64,000 nt of DNA from an uncultured Chloroflexia bacterium (GCA_963774265.1 CAVZDU010000001.1:416001-480000); one strand, 5' to 3'. Positions 18,504 through 28,238 are shown, counted from the stretch's first letter. Numbers and translations: made by a program. The notes: generated by a model from the letters alone, not told the origin.

Positions 18504-20063
18504 ATGTGGCATACCTACTATGCGCCGGCCACGGTCGGCGAAGCGCTCGACCTGTTGGGCCAGCACGGCGACGCCTGCCGTCTGATCGCGGGCGGCTCGG
18601 ACCTGATCCTGGAGTTGGAGCGTGGTGTGCGCCACCAGGAGATCCTGGTGGACATCTCTCGCGTCGCCGGCTTGGGTCAGGTCGTCTACACGCGCAGCAG
18701 TTCTGTGAACTCAACCGATGTAGCGCAAGTTGACAACCCCCGCTGCCCGGATAGTGCCGGCATGCTGACTCTTGGCGCTAACGTGACGCACAACCAGGTG
18801 GTGGCCAATACCGACGCGGTCGCCTGCGCCTTTCCCCTGGCTCGTGCATGCTGGTTGGTCGGCGCGCCACAAATCCGCAATCGCGGCACGGTTGCCGGCA
18901 ACTTGATCACCGCCAGCCCTGCGAACGATACCATTACGCCGCTGTGGGCCATGGATGCAACGGTGACCCTGGTCAGCGCCGCGCGAGGCGAGCGCACCCT
19001 CCCGTTCGACCAGTTTTTCCTCGGTGTCCGCCGCACGACCCTGCTGCCCGAGGAGATGCTCGTCCGAATCAACGTCCCAACCTTGAAACGAAGCGAGCGC
19101 GGCACGTTTCTGAAGCTAGGTCTGCGCCAGGCGCAGGCGATCAGCCTGATCAATGTCGCCGCCGTGCTCGATTTCGGCAGCGACGGCTCCATCTTACGGG
19201 CCCGCATCGCGCTTGGGGCAGTCGCCCCCACCATCGTGCGGGCGAGTCAGGCTGAGTCTTATCTAGCCGGCAAGATGCTGCGATCCAGGGATCGCTCAGA
19301 TGATGTGATCGATGAGGCGGCAGAACTGGCGGCAGGAGCGGCCCGGCCCATCTCCGACATACGTGCTGGCGCCGACTACCGCCGTGATATGGTGCGCGTA
19401 TACACCGCACGCGCCCTGTGCGAATTGCGCGACGGGACCGAACGCGATGGGTGGCCCGAAAAGCCGGTGCTGCTGTGGGGCACACGTCGGGGCGACAACG
19501 ATGCGCGATCCAGGGATCGCTCGATCCAGGGATCGCAGCATCGCCCGATCACCCCGACGCCACCCCAGCAGGACGGCATTTCCTTCACACTCAACGGACA
19601 GCCGGTGACCCTGCATGGCGCACATGGCAAAACGCTGTTGCGCGCTCTGCGCGAGGATGCCGGCCTGACCGGCACCAAGGAAGGTTGCGCCGAAGGCGAG
19701 TGTGGGGCATGCACGATCTGGCTAGACGGTGTGGCCGTGATGAGCTGCCTCGTGCCGGCTGAACGGGCCGCTGGCTGCGACGTCGTTACGGTGGAAGGGC
19801 TGGGGACGCCTCCGGCAGTCAACAGAGATGGAGAGCCGGCTGCAGTCGTCACGGCGCTGCATCCGTTACAGCAGGCGTTCATCGATGCAGGTGCGGTGCA
19901 GTGCGGCTATTGCACGCCCGGTATCCTTATGTCCGCTGCGAACCTGATGCAAGAGGTGACCCATCCGACCCTGACCCAGGTCAAGGAAGCACTCACCGGC
20001 AATCTCTGCCGCTGCACGGGATACTACAAGATCCTCGAAGCGGTGGAAAAGGCGGTCCAATGA
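18504..20063 (+). CDS. Fused FAD-binding + (2Fe-2S) subunit of a second xanthine-dehydrogenase-family enzyme
   Basis: IAGGSDL and QIRNRGTVAGN followed by GTKEGCAEGECGAC, QCGYCTPG and NLCRCTGY in one ORF. Confidence 0.9.
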   Translation: MWHTYYAPATVGEALDLLGQHGDACRLIAGGSDLILELERGVRHQEILVDISRVAGLGQVVYTRSSSVNSTDVAQVDNPRCPDSAGMLTLGANVTHNQVVANTDAVACAFPLARACWLVGAPQIRNRGTVAGNLITASPANDTITPLWAMDATVTLVSAARGERTLPFDQFFLGVRRTTLLPEEMLVRINVPTLKRSERGTFLKLGLRQAQAISLINVAAVLDFGSDGSILRARIALGAVAPTIVRASQAESYLAGKMLRSRDRSDDVIDEAAELAAGAARPISDIRAGADYRRDMVRVYTARALCELRDGTERDGWPEKPVLLWGTRRGDNDARSRDRSIQGSQHRPITPTPPQQDGISFTLNGQPVTLHGAHGKTLLRALREDAGLTGTKEGCAEGECGACTIWLDGVAVMSCLVPAERAAGCDVVTVEGLGTPPAVNRDGEPAAVVTALHPLQQAFIDAGAVQCGYCTPGILMSAANLMQEVTHPTLTQVKEALTGNLCRCTGYYKILEAVEKAVQ

Positions 20064-22411
20064 GCGAAAACGTACGGGCGGACCTGTGTGTCCGCCCCCG
20101 TGTCCGCCCCATGAGCACACCCGCCCAAACTCACACTCACGCAGTGGGCGCTAACGCCGCGCGCATCGATGCACCGGGCAAGGTGACCGGTGAGACGCTC
20201 TACCCCGGTGATATCTCCTATGCAGACCAGCTTCATATGGCAACTTTGTTCGCCGGCCGCGTACATGCGCGCGTGCTGAGCATCAATACATCGGCTGCCG
20301 AGGCTGCGCCGGGCGTCGTAGCGGTGTTTACGGCAAAAGACGTGCCGGTGAACGAGTATGGACTCCAGATCAAGGACCAACCGGTCCTTTGCGGTCCCGG
20401 CTCGGCAAAACCTGGGACGGACGTGGTGCGCTTCGTCGGTGACCAGCTCGCGCTCGTGGTGGCTGAGACTGAGGGTCAGGCGCGCGCGGCGTGCAAGCTG
20501 ATTCGAGTCGAATGGGAAGATCTGCCCCTGGTGCTCGATGCTGAGGAAGCTATGCAGCCCGGCGCGTACCTGCTCCACCCGAACAGAGCCGACAACATCT
20601 GCTACAGCTACCGTATCCGCAAGGGCGACGTAGCGCAGGGATTTGCCGACGCCGACGTCGTCATCGAGGGAGTCTATCAGACGCCGGTGCAGGAGCATGC
20701 CTATCTCCAGCCCGAGGCGGGCGTGGCCCATATCGACGACGCGGGCCGCGTGACCGTGGAGGTCGCGGGTCAGTGGACGCACGTCGATCAGGAGTCGATC
20801 GCCCACGCCCTGGGCCTGCCCATCGACCAGGTCCGCGTCATCTACCCGGCCATCGGCGGCGCCTTCGGCGGCCGCGAGGACATGTCCGTACAGATCACGC
20901 TCGCGCTCGCAGCCTGGCGACTCGCCGAACGCGGGGTGCGGCGTCCCGTCAAGACCATCTGGACCCGCGAGGAGTCACTCGCCGGTCACGGCAAGCGCCA
21001 CACGATGAAGCTCTACACCAGATGGGGCGCGAAGAAAGACGGGATGTTGACAGCCATAGAGGTTAAGGTCATCGCAGATGGCGGCGCGTACATGTATACC
21101 AGCAACAAAGTGCTGGGCAACACCACGCTGACCTGCACCGGGCCTTACGCGGTTCCCCACGCGGCCGTCGATACCTACGCCGTTTACACAAATAACGTCC
21201 CGGGCGCCGCATTCCGTGGTTTCGGCGGCCCCCAGGGCCACTTTGCCGCCGAGACACAGATGGATCGCCTGGCCGAGGCGTTGGGTATGGACCCGGTCGA
21301 GCTGCGCCTGAAGAACATCCTCACTGAGGACAAGCTGCTCACCGTGGGCACCCCCATCCCTGGCGGTGTCGGCCTGACCGCGGTGGTGACCGCGGCAGCC
21401 GCCGCAGCTGGCTGGAAACAGGACGAAGCCGGACACTGGCGCCGACCGGCGTACGGGGCGTACGGGGCGTACGGGCGGACCTGCGTGTCCGCCCCCGTGT
21501 CCGCCCCCGTGTCCGCCCGTTCCACTTCCTCCACCATCAAGCGCGGCATTGGTTTTGCGGCAGGTTTCAAGAATGTGGGGTTCTCCTTCGGTTACCAGGA
21601 GAACAGCTACGCGCGCGTTGAGCTGCGGGGAACCGGGGAGATCGCCGAAGCCACCGTCTATTTTGCCGGCGCCGACTGCGGCCAGGGTAACCACACCATC
21701 ATCTCACAGGCCGCGGCCGAGGTTCTGGGCATCCCCCTTGCCCACGTGCGCGTCGTTGCATCCGACACCGCGCAAATGGGCAACGCCGGCAGCGCATCCG
21801 CCTCGCGCCTCACGTATATGAGTGCGAACGCTGTTAAGGGCGCGGCCGAAAAGGCGCTAACCGCCTGGCAAAACGAAGATCGCCCCGCAGTGGGTGAGAA
21901 CGTGTATCTTGCGCCCAAGACCACGCAGCTGGATCACGACACGGGTTACGGCAAACCCAACTTCGCGTATGGCTACACGGCGCAAGCTGTGCAGGTGGCC
22001 GTCGACACAGAAACCGGCCAGGTGCGCGTGGAGAAATTCATCTGTGCTGATGACGTGGGCAAGGCTGTCAATCCGCAGCAGGTCGTGGGACAGATCGAGG
22101 GGGCTGTCATTCAGGCGCTCGGCTACTCGCTCTTGGAGGATTGGAAAACCAAGGACGGCCGCGTCCTCACAGACAGACTCAGCACCTATCTGATCCCCAC
22201 CGTGCTGGATCTGCCCGACCAGCTCGAGTCGATCATCGTCGAGGTGCCGGACCCAAACGGCCCCTGGGGCGCTCGGGGCATGGGCGAAGTGCCCTACTTG
22301 CCCGTGGCGGCCGTCGTCGCTGCCGCGGTATACGATGCCATCGGCATAAGATTCAACGAGTTCCCGCTGACGCCAGAGCGAGTATGGCGTGGGCTGCAGA
22401 CAAAAAAGTAG
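20060..22411 (+). CDS. Xanthine dehydrogenase family molybdopterin-binding subunit (Mo hydroxylase 2)
   Basis: QEHAYLQ, GGAFGGR, AFRGFG, SASR and RGMGEV motifs. Start is ATG 20060 (ATGA overlap) or 20111. Confidence 0.92.
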   Translation: MSENVRADLCVRPRVRPMSTPAQTHTHAVGANAARIDAPGKVTGETLYPGDISYADQLHMATLFAGRVHARVLSINTSAAEAAPGVVAVFTAKDVPVNEYGLQIKDQPVLCGPGSAKPGTDVVRFVGDQLALVVAETEGQARAACKLIRVEWEDLPLVLDAEEAMQPGAYLLHPNRADNICYSYRIRKGDVAQGFADADVVIEGVYQTPVQEHAYLQPEAGVAHIDDAGRVTVEVAGQWTHVDQESIAHALGLPIDQVRVIYPAIGGAFGGREDMSVQITLALAAWRLAERGVRRPVKTIWTREESLAGHGKRHTMKLYTRWGAKKDGMLTAIEVKVIADGGAYMYTSNKVLGNTTLTCTGPYAVPHAAVDTYAVYTNNVPGAAFRGFGGPQGHFAAETQMDRLAEALGMDPVELRLKNILTEDKLLTVGTPIPGGVGLTAVVTAAAAAAGWKQDEAGHWRRPAYGAYGAYGRTCVSAPVSAPVSARSTSSTIKRGIGFAAGFKNVGFSFGYQENSYARVELRGTGEIAEATVYFAGADCGQGNHTIISQAAAEVLGIPLAHVRVVASDTAQMGNAGSASASRLTYMSANAVKGAAEKALTAWQNEDRPAVGENVYLAPKTTQLDHDTGYGKPNFAYGYTAQAVQVAVDTETGQVRVEKFICADDVGKAVNPQQVVGQIEGAVIQALGYSLLEDWKTKDGRVLTDRLSTYLIPTVLDLPDQLESIIVEVPDPNGPWGARGMGEVPYLPVAAVVAAAVYDAIGIRFNEFPLTPERVWRGLQTKK
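20071..20110. repeat. Family-A REP between two in-frame ATGAGC starts
   Basis: cgtacgggcggacctgtgtgtccgcccccgtgtccgcccc. Confidence 0.85.
21450..21518. repeat. Family-A REP with amplified arms inserted in-frame (69 bp) in the Mo subunit
   Basis: (CGTACGGGG)x2 + hairpin + (CCGTGTCCGCCC)x2, encoding YGAYGAYGRTCVSAPVSAPVSAR. Confidence 0.9.
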
Positions 22412-22517
22412 AAACCGATTCAGCTCTTGAGACCCCGACACATGGCCCATGGGCTTTCTACAGCTCATGGGCTGTTTAGTGATGCTGGCTGTCAACCATC
22501 TTCTCAGGAGGAGACGC

Positions 22518-23102
22518 ATGTTGGAAGACCTTGTGCTGAAGAATCGCAGTTACCGGCGCTTCTACGAGGATGTATCGGTCGATAGGGCCACCCTGCGCGA
22601 GCTAATCGGGCTTGCGCGACTATCCGCGTCGGCGCGCAACCTGCAGCCGCTGCGCTATGTCCTCTGTGTTGATCGTGACACCAACGCTGCCGTTTTCTCC
22701 AGCCTGGCGTGGGCCGGCTATCTGAAGGACTGGCCCGGCCCGGTTGAGGGCGAGCGACCGGCGGCCTATATCGTCGTGTTGGCTGACACAACGCTTAGCA
22801 GCCAGGCTTATATCGGCGTTGACCACGGCCTGGCGGTGCAGAACATCTTGCTGGGTGCAGTCGAGGCTGGGCTGGGCGGCTGCATCATCGGCTCCATACA
22901 GCGCGATCGGCTGCGCCAGATCCTGGCAATCTCAGACCACTACGAAATCCTGGTGGTGTTGGCGTTGGGCAAGCCCAGGGAAACGGTCGTGATCGATCCT
23001 GTCGGCCCCGACGGCGACATCAAGTACTGGCGCGACGCCGACAGTGTCCACCACGTACCCAAGCGGTCGTTGGACGAACTCATCATTGGCGAGCGCGGGT
23101 AG
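22518..23102 (+). CDS. Nitroreductase family protein
   Basis: NRSYRRF, SARNLQP, GLGGCIIG and HHVPKRSL motifs; AGGAGG RBS. Confidence 0.88.
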   Translation: MLEDLVLKNRSYRRFYEDVSVDRATLRELIGLARLSASARNLQPLRYVLCVDRDTNAAVFSSLAWAGYLKDWPGPVEGERPAAYIVVLADTTLSSQAYIGVDHGLAVQNILLGAVEAGLGGCIIGSIQRDRLRQILAISDHYEILVVLALGKPRETVVIDPVGPDGDIKYWRDADSVHHVPKRSLDELIIGERG

Positions 23103-23114
23103 GGAGGGGGTATC

Positions 23115-23915
23115 ATGGCAGATCGTGCCGGCGGCTACACTGAATATCGCTTCACCGCTGAATTCTACGACCACATCGCGCCCTACCGTGAGCGGCATGA
23201 CGTGGCCTTCTTTGTCGAGATGGCGCAGGCGTCGGGCGGCCCCGTGTTGGAAATTGGCTGCGGCACCGGCCGCGTGCTGATCCCCACAGCCCGCGCAGAT
23301 ATCAAGATCGTCGGCCTGGACCTGTCGCCGTCGATGCTGGCAGTCTGCCGGGGCAACCTGGCTGCGGAACCGGCTGAGGTGCAGGCACAGGTGCAGTTGG
23401 TGGAAGCCGACATGCGCGACTTCGACCTGGGCCGGAAGTTCGCCCTCGCCACCCTCCCGTTCCGACCGTTCCAGCATCTGACGAGCGTCGAAGACCAGTT
23501 GGCCTGCCTGGCTGCGATCCACCGCCATCTGCGCCCTGGCGGCCGACTGGTGCTCGACCTGTTCAATCCGTCGATGCCCTCTCTGGCTGCGCCGGAGCGA
23601 CTGGAAGAGTTCGGCGAAGAGCCGGAGTTTACCATGCCCGATGGCCGCCGCGTGCTGCGTCGGGCGCGCATTGCGGCGCGGGACTACTTCACGCAGGTGC
23701 AAGACACTGAGCTGATCTACTACGTGACCCACGGGGACGGCCGGCAGGAACGCCTGGTGCACGCCTTCCCCATGCGTTACCTGTTCCGCTTCGAGGCCGA
23801 GCACCTGCTGGCCAGATGTGGGTTTGAGGTCGAAGCGCTGTATAGCGACTACGACCGCAGCCCCTATGGATCGCAGTATCCGGGTGAGCTCATCTTCGTG
23901 GCGCGCAAGGGCTGA
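23115..23915 (+). CDS. Class I SAM-dependent methyltransferase
   Basis: VLEIGCGTGR, GLDLS, EADMRDF and LRPGG motifs. Confidence 0.9.
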   Translation: MADRAGGYTEYRFTAEFYDHIAPYRERHDVAFFVEMAQASGGPVLEIGCGTGRVLIPTARADIKIVGLDLSPSMLAVCRGNLAAEPAEVQAQVQLVEADMRDFDLGRKFALATLPFRPFQHLTSVEDQLACLAAIHRHLRPGGRLVLDLFNPSMPSLAAPERLEEFGEEPEFTMPDGRRVLRRARIAARDYFTQVQDTELIYYVTHGDGRQERLVHAFPMRYLFRFEAEHLLARCGFEVEALYSDYDRSPYGSQYPGELIFVARKG

Positions 23916-23945
23916 TCGCGAAGACTGATGCTCTCGCCGCGCGCA

Positions 23946-23954
23946 TGGTATACT
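23946..23954 (+). promoter_or_regulatory. Extended -10 (TGgTATACT), 6 nt upstream of GTG start; probable leaderless transcript
   Basis: Sequence match; no Shine-Dalgarno before GTG 23961. Confidence 0.55.
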
Positions 23955-23960
23955 CCCGCA

Positions 23961-26477
23961 GTGATGACGCGGTATCGCCTTACCCTGGTCTGCCTGTTCC
24001 TTTTCGCCGTCGCACTGGCGCTGCGCCTGGCAGGACTGGGCACCTTCCTGACCCCGGACGAAAACCTGTGGGCAGCGCGCACGGCCCAGTTCCTGGCCGC
24101 GCTGAACGCCCACGATTGGGCTGCGACCAGCATCACGGGGCATCCCGGCGTCACCACAATGTGGGCCGGGAGCCTGGGATTGATCGCCAAGTGGCTGTTC
24201 GCACGTTCTCCCGGTGCGACCAGCTTCCTGGCTTCGGTGAACGAGCTAGCCGCAGACCCTGTGCGGCTCGACTTCTTGCTATGGCTGCGCATGCCGGTTG
24301 CCCTGGCCTGCGCCGCAGCGATCATCATAGTCTACCTGCTCGCGCGGCGGGTAATGGACGAACGCGCGGCCCTGTTGGGCGCCGGGCTGCTTGTCTTTGA
24401 CCCGTTCCTGTTGGCCCATGGTCGCTTGCTGCAGATGGATGGACTGCTCGCCGCAGGAATAGCGGTGGCGTGGCTGGCACTTCTGGCGGCGCTCCATACG
24501 GGACGGCGCCGATTCTATATACTCAGCGGCCTTAGCATCGGGGCTGCCTTGCTGACCAAGTCACCGGCCCTGGTGATGGGTCCGCTGATGCTCGGCGCGA
24601 TCGTCCTGGTGCGCCTGAGACAGCAGGCGCCGACTTCCGCCAGGCTGCGCCGGATCGGCGCGGATCTGTTGTGGACGGGCGTTCCCGCCGCGATCATCAT
24701 CTTTCTGCTTTGGCCTGCGATGTGGGTGGAGCCGCGCGCTGCGCTGGGCAACGTCTGGGGATTGATGACCACCTACGGCGGCGATGCACACGAGTTGGGC
24801 AGCTATTGGCTGGGGAAGCCGACGCCGGAGCCCGGCGCGCTCTTCTACGCGGCGACCCTGGCGCTGCGGACGACGCCGGTAACCTCGATCGGGTTGCTGC
24901 AAGCCCTTGCAGCAGGCTTTCTCCATCGCGAGATCGCTCCGCCTACAGGGAACCGCCACGCCGGCTGGGCGCTGCTGGCCTTCGTACTCTGGTTCGGCAT
25001 CATGCTGACCCTGGGCGCCAAGAAACTCGACCGATACCTGTTGCCGATCTTTCCCGCAGTTGATCTGCTGGCCGCATGGGGTTGGACGCACGCACTCTGT
25101 TGGGTGGCCGCTCGAGCGCGACAGCATCCCTTAGGACTGCGCACCTTGAGAGCTAAGAACCAGCCCAGTGCGATAACGAAGCTGCCATGGGTAGGCGCCG
25201 CACTGTTGGGAATCATCCCTGTGGGACTGGTGGGCATCCAGGCCTGGGGCGCGCTGGCCGAGCGGCCAAGCTACCTGACTGCCTTCAACCCGCTGGCGGG
25301 AGGAATTCGTGCGGCGGCGCGCACCCTCCCGGTCGGTTGGGGCGAGGGATTGGAAGAGGCCGCCGCCTACCTGAACGATTTGCCGGGCGCCGGATTGGGA
25401 ACCATCCCTGTGGGAACCGGCCACGCCGCCGCCTGGTATGGCAAGAATGTTTTCGGCGCGTTTTACCGTGGCGCCAGCTTTGACCTCTATTACGATACCC
25501 CTGTCGCCACAGACCTCTACGCCCGCGACATAGATTGGGTCATCACCTACATCAATCAGGAGCAGCGCGGCCTGGTGGATCCATCGGTAGCCACCCGGCT
25601 CGGCACGCCGCTGCACACTGTGGCGCGGGATGGTGTCACCCTGGCCAGCGTGTACGCCTGGCCGAAGCCATTCGCACACACGAGTGATCGGCGGATCGGC
25701 GAAGGATTGCGGCTGTTGGGGTGGCAGGTGGGCGATCACAACCGGCGCGAAGGTGCACTGCCGGTGGCCCTCTACTGGGACGCGACAGAAGCCGCAGCCG
25801 TCCCTGGACAGCGCGTGGTGATCTGGATGAAGGATGCTGCGGGCGAAGTCTGGACCACCGCGGAGGAGACGACTGGGAATAGTCTCTTTGGGACCGAAAT
25901 AGATCCTGTGGGCGGAGATCCATCCCCGTGGGAGCAGCCCGTCGTGGTCCAGTCGTTCGCGCTGCACCCACCCATCGGCCTCAGCCCCGGCGTCTATCGT
26001 ATCGAGATCGCGCCCTTTGCCGGAAACGCCACTGAGCTGGCGGTGCTGGAGATCGGGGCCACGCGTCTGTCCGAGGTGGCTTCGCTTGGCCCCCAGGTGG
26101 TGACGCCACCGGGAGAGGTCCGCTTCGGCGATGTCGCTCGTTTGATCGGGTCCAGCCTGGACACTACGGGCGAGTCCTGGACGGTGGACCTGGTCTGGGC
26201 GTGGCTGGTTTCGCTGGGAGAGCCTCATCATTACTTCATACACGTGGTGGGCGCTGACGACACGATCATCACGCAGCAGGATGGCCCCCTGGCCCAAGCG
26301 GGTGGCCCCGACGAACTGACGCGCCAGCGCATTCATTTGGCTATCCCATCGGGGATGCCTGCGGCTTATCGCGTCTATGTGGGCGTCTACAGGCCGCGGG
26401 ACGGCGCGCGGCTGCCACTCGCAATAAACAACCAGCCCGCGCCTGACGGTCGCTACCTGCTCGCGACATGGCCGTAA
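23961..26477 (+). CDS. GT-C fold (PMT/ArnT-like) membrane glycosyltransferase with C-terminal extracytoplasmic domains
   Basis: Many TM helices, TPDE, HPG, LLTKSP and KKLDRYLLP motifs; C-terminal VALYW and YFIHVV...QQDG-type domains. Confidence 0.75.
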   Translation: MMTRYRLTLVCLFLFAVALALRLAGLGTFLTPDENLWAARTAQFLAALNAHDWAATSITGHPGVTTMWAGSLGLIAKWLFARSPGATSFLASVNELAADPVRLDFLLWLRMPVALACAAAIIIVYLLARRVMDERAALLGAGLLVFDPFLLAHGRLLQMDGLLAAGIAVAWLALLAALHTGRRRFYILSGLSIGAALLTKSPALVMGPLMLGAIVLVRLRQQAPTSARLRRIGADLLWTGVPAAIIIFLLWPAMWVEPRAALGNVWGLMTTYGGDAHELGSYWLGKPTPEPGALFYAATLALRTTPVTSIGLLQALAAGFLHREIAPPTGNRHAGWALLAFVLWFGIMLTLGAKKLDRYLLPIFPAVDLLAAWGWTHALCWVAARARQHPLGLRTLRAKNQPSAITKLPWVGAALLGIIPVGLVGIQAWGALAERPSYLTAFNPLAGGIRAAARTLPVGWGEGLEEAAAYLNDLPGAGLGTIPVGTGHAAAWYGKNVFGAFYRGASFDLYYDTPVATDLYARDIDWVITYINQEQRGLVDPSVATRLGTPLHTVARDGVTLASVYAWPKPFAHTSDRRIGEGLRLLGWQVGDHNRREGALPVALYWDATEAAAVPGQRVVIWMKDAAGEVWTTAEETTGNSLFGTEIDPVGGDPSPWEQPVVVQSFALHPPIGLSPGVYRIEIAPFAGNATELAVLEIGATRLSEVASLGPQVVTPPGEVRFGDVARLIGSSLDTTGESWTVDLVWAWLVSLGEPHHYFIHVVGADDTIITQQDGPLAQAGGPDELTRQRIHLAIPSGMPAAYRVYVGVYRPRDGARLPLAINNQPAPDGRYLLATWP

Positions 26478-26514
26478 GCGCATGGAAGATGTCGGGGTCT
26501 TGGAGACCGCTCGT

Positions 26515-28158
26515 ATGTCAGATCTGAGATTCGTTTCGCGCCGATCGCCTGTCTATGGCCAACGCGGCATGGTGGCGACTTCACAGCCTCTGGCCGTGGC
26601 AGCCGGGCTGGACGCTCTGGCTGCGGGAGGCAACGCAGCCGATGCGGCAGTGGCCACCGCAGCAGCTCTCAACGTCACCGAACCGACGTCGACCGGCATC
26701 GGAGGCGACTGCTTTGCGCTCTTCTACGAGGCCGCGACTGGGCAGGTCACTGCGCTCAACGGATCAGGTCGCGCTCCGGCAGCATTGACCCTGGAACGAC
26801 TCGCTCGAGAAGGCTTCGAGTTTGAGTTGCCACCATTCCATGCACACACGGTCACCGTACCCGGAGCATGCGGCGGGTGGTGCGACTTGGTTGAGCGTCA
26901 CGGCCGCCTGGCGATGCCCCAAATCCTGGCCCCTGCGATCCGCCTGGCCGAAGAAGGTTTCCCGGTTGCGCCCATCACCGCCCACTTCTGGGAGCGCGGC
27001 GTAGAGCGCCAATTGCGCCACGCCTTGGGCGGTCTGGCGCTGACCATCGACGGCCGCGCACCCCGGGCGGGGGAGATCTTCCGGAACCCAGGTCTTGCCC
27101 GCACGCTGCGGATTGTCGCCGAGGGTGGCAAGGCGGCCTTCTATGAAGGCGAAATCGCCCACGACATCGCTGCGGCCGTTCAGGCATCCGGTGGGGTGCT
27201 CAATGAGCAGGATCTGGCCGAGCATCGAAGCACATGGGATCAGCCGATCAGCACAACCTATCGCGGCATCCGCCTCTGGGAATGTCCCCCGAATGGCCAG
27301 GGGCTTGCCGCGCTGTTGGCGCTGAACATTCTGGAAGCGTTTGACCTCCAAACACTCGATCCACTGTCTCCCGAACGGCTGCATCTTCAAATTGAGGCGA
27401 TGCGGATTGCCTTTGCCGACACGCGATGGTACGTGGCCGACCCCGCCTTTAGTCCGGCGCCCCTCGATGCACTGCTATCCAAGATCTACGCCGAGGAACG
27501 CAGAAAGCTGATCGACCCCAAGCGCGCCACAGTAGACCCGGTCCACGGTAGCCCCACTAGTGGCTCCAATACGGTTTACCTGACCGTAGTAGATGGCGAG
27601 GGCAACGCGTGCTCGTTCATCAACAGCAACTATGCGGGCTTCGGCACGGGCATCGTCCCGAGCGGCCGCGGCTTCACACTGCAAAATCGAGGGCATAATT
27701 TCACCCTGGAGCCGGGTCATCCGAACGCGCTGGCTCCACGAAAAAGGCCCTATCACACGATCATCCCTGCCTTGGCTACACGCGAAGCAGACGGAAGCCT
27801 GTACGCCAGCTTCGGCGTAATGGGAGGCTTCATGCAGCCGCAAGGACACCTGCAGGTGCTGTCTGCGCTCGTCGATGACGCCGTGGACCCGCAGGCCGCG
27901 CTCGATCGGCCGCGCTTCTGCATTACCATACCGGGCGCCACACCCCAAGAAACTCTGACTGACGGTATTGCATTAGAAGAGGGCATTCCTGCCTCGACGC
28001 TCGCGGCGCTGCAAGAAATGGGACACTCTGTCAGTCTTGTGAGTGGCCTCGACCGGGCTGTGTTCGGCCGCGGCCAAATCATCCTGCGCGACCCTGAGTC
28101 CGGCATCCTGACCGGAGGCAGCGACCCGCGCGCTGACGGATGCGCCATGTGTCTATAG
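26515..28158 (+). CDS. ggt: Gamma-glutamyltransferase family Ntn-hydrolase
   Basis: GGNAADAAVA, GIGGDCF, NTVYLTVVD (Thr nucleophile), PYHTIIP, GVMGG and SDPRADG motifs. Confidence 0.88.
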   Translation: MSDLRFVSRRSPVYGQRGMVATSQPLAVAAGLDALAAGGNAADAAVATAAALNVTEPTSTGIGGDCFALFYEAATGQVTALNGSGRAPAALTLERLAREGFEFELPPFHAHTVTVPGACGGWCDLVERHGRLAMPQILAPAIRLAEEGFPVAPITAHFWERGVERQLRHALGGLALTIDGRAPRAGEIFRNPGLARTLRIVAEGGKAAFYEGEIAHDIAAAVQASGGVLNEQDLAEHRSTWDQPISTTYRGIRLWECPPNGQGLAALLALNILEAFDLQTLDPLSPERLHLQIEAMRIAFADTRWYVADPAFSPAPLDALLSKIYAEERRKLIDPKRATVDPVHGSPTSGSNTVYLTVVDGEGNACSFINSNYAGFGTGIVPSGRGFTLQNRGHNFTLEPGHPNALAPRKRPYHTIIPALATREADGSLYASFGVMGGFMQPQGHLQVLSALVDDAVDPQAALDRPRFCITIPGATPQETLTDGIALEEGIPASTLAALQEMGHSVSLVSGLDRAVFGRGQIILRDPESGILTGGSDPRADGCAMCL

Positions 28159-28238
28159 GAGCCAAGTGCATAAGTCCGACCGTTGGCCGAAAGGCGAACG
28201 ACATCTCTGCAAAGGTCTGACTCTCGACACAACCGAAA

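Noticed and set aside
18123-18733. ORFs with GRTCWGGPVGADLL or APTGPPQQVRPNRS repeats
   Set aside because: These are translations of the 14-bp tandem array in different frames.
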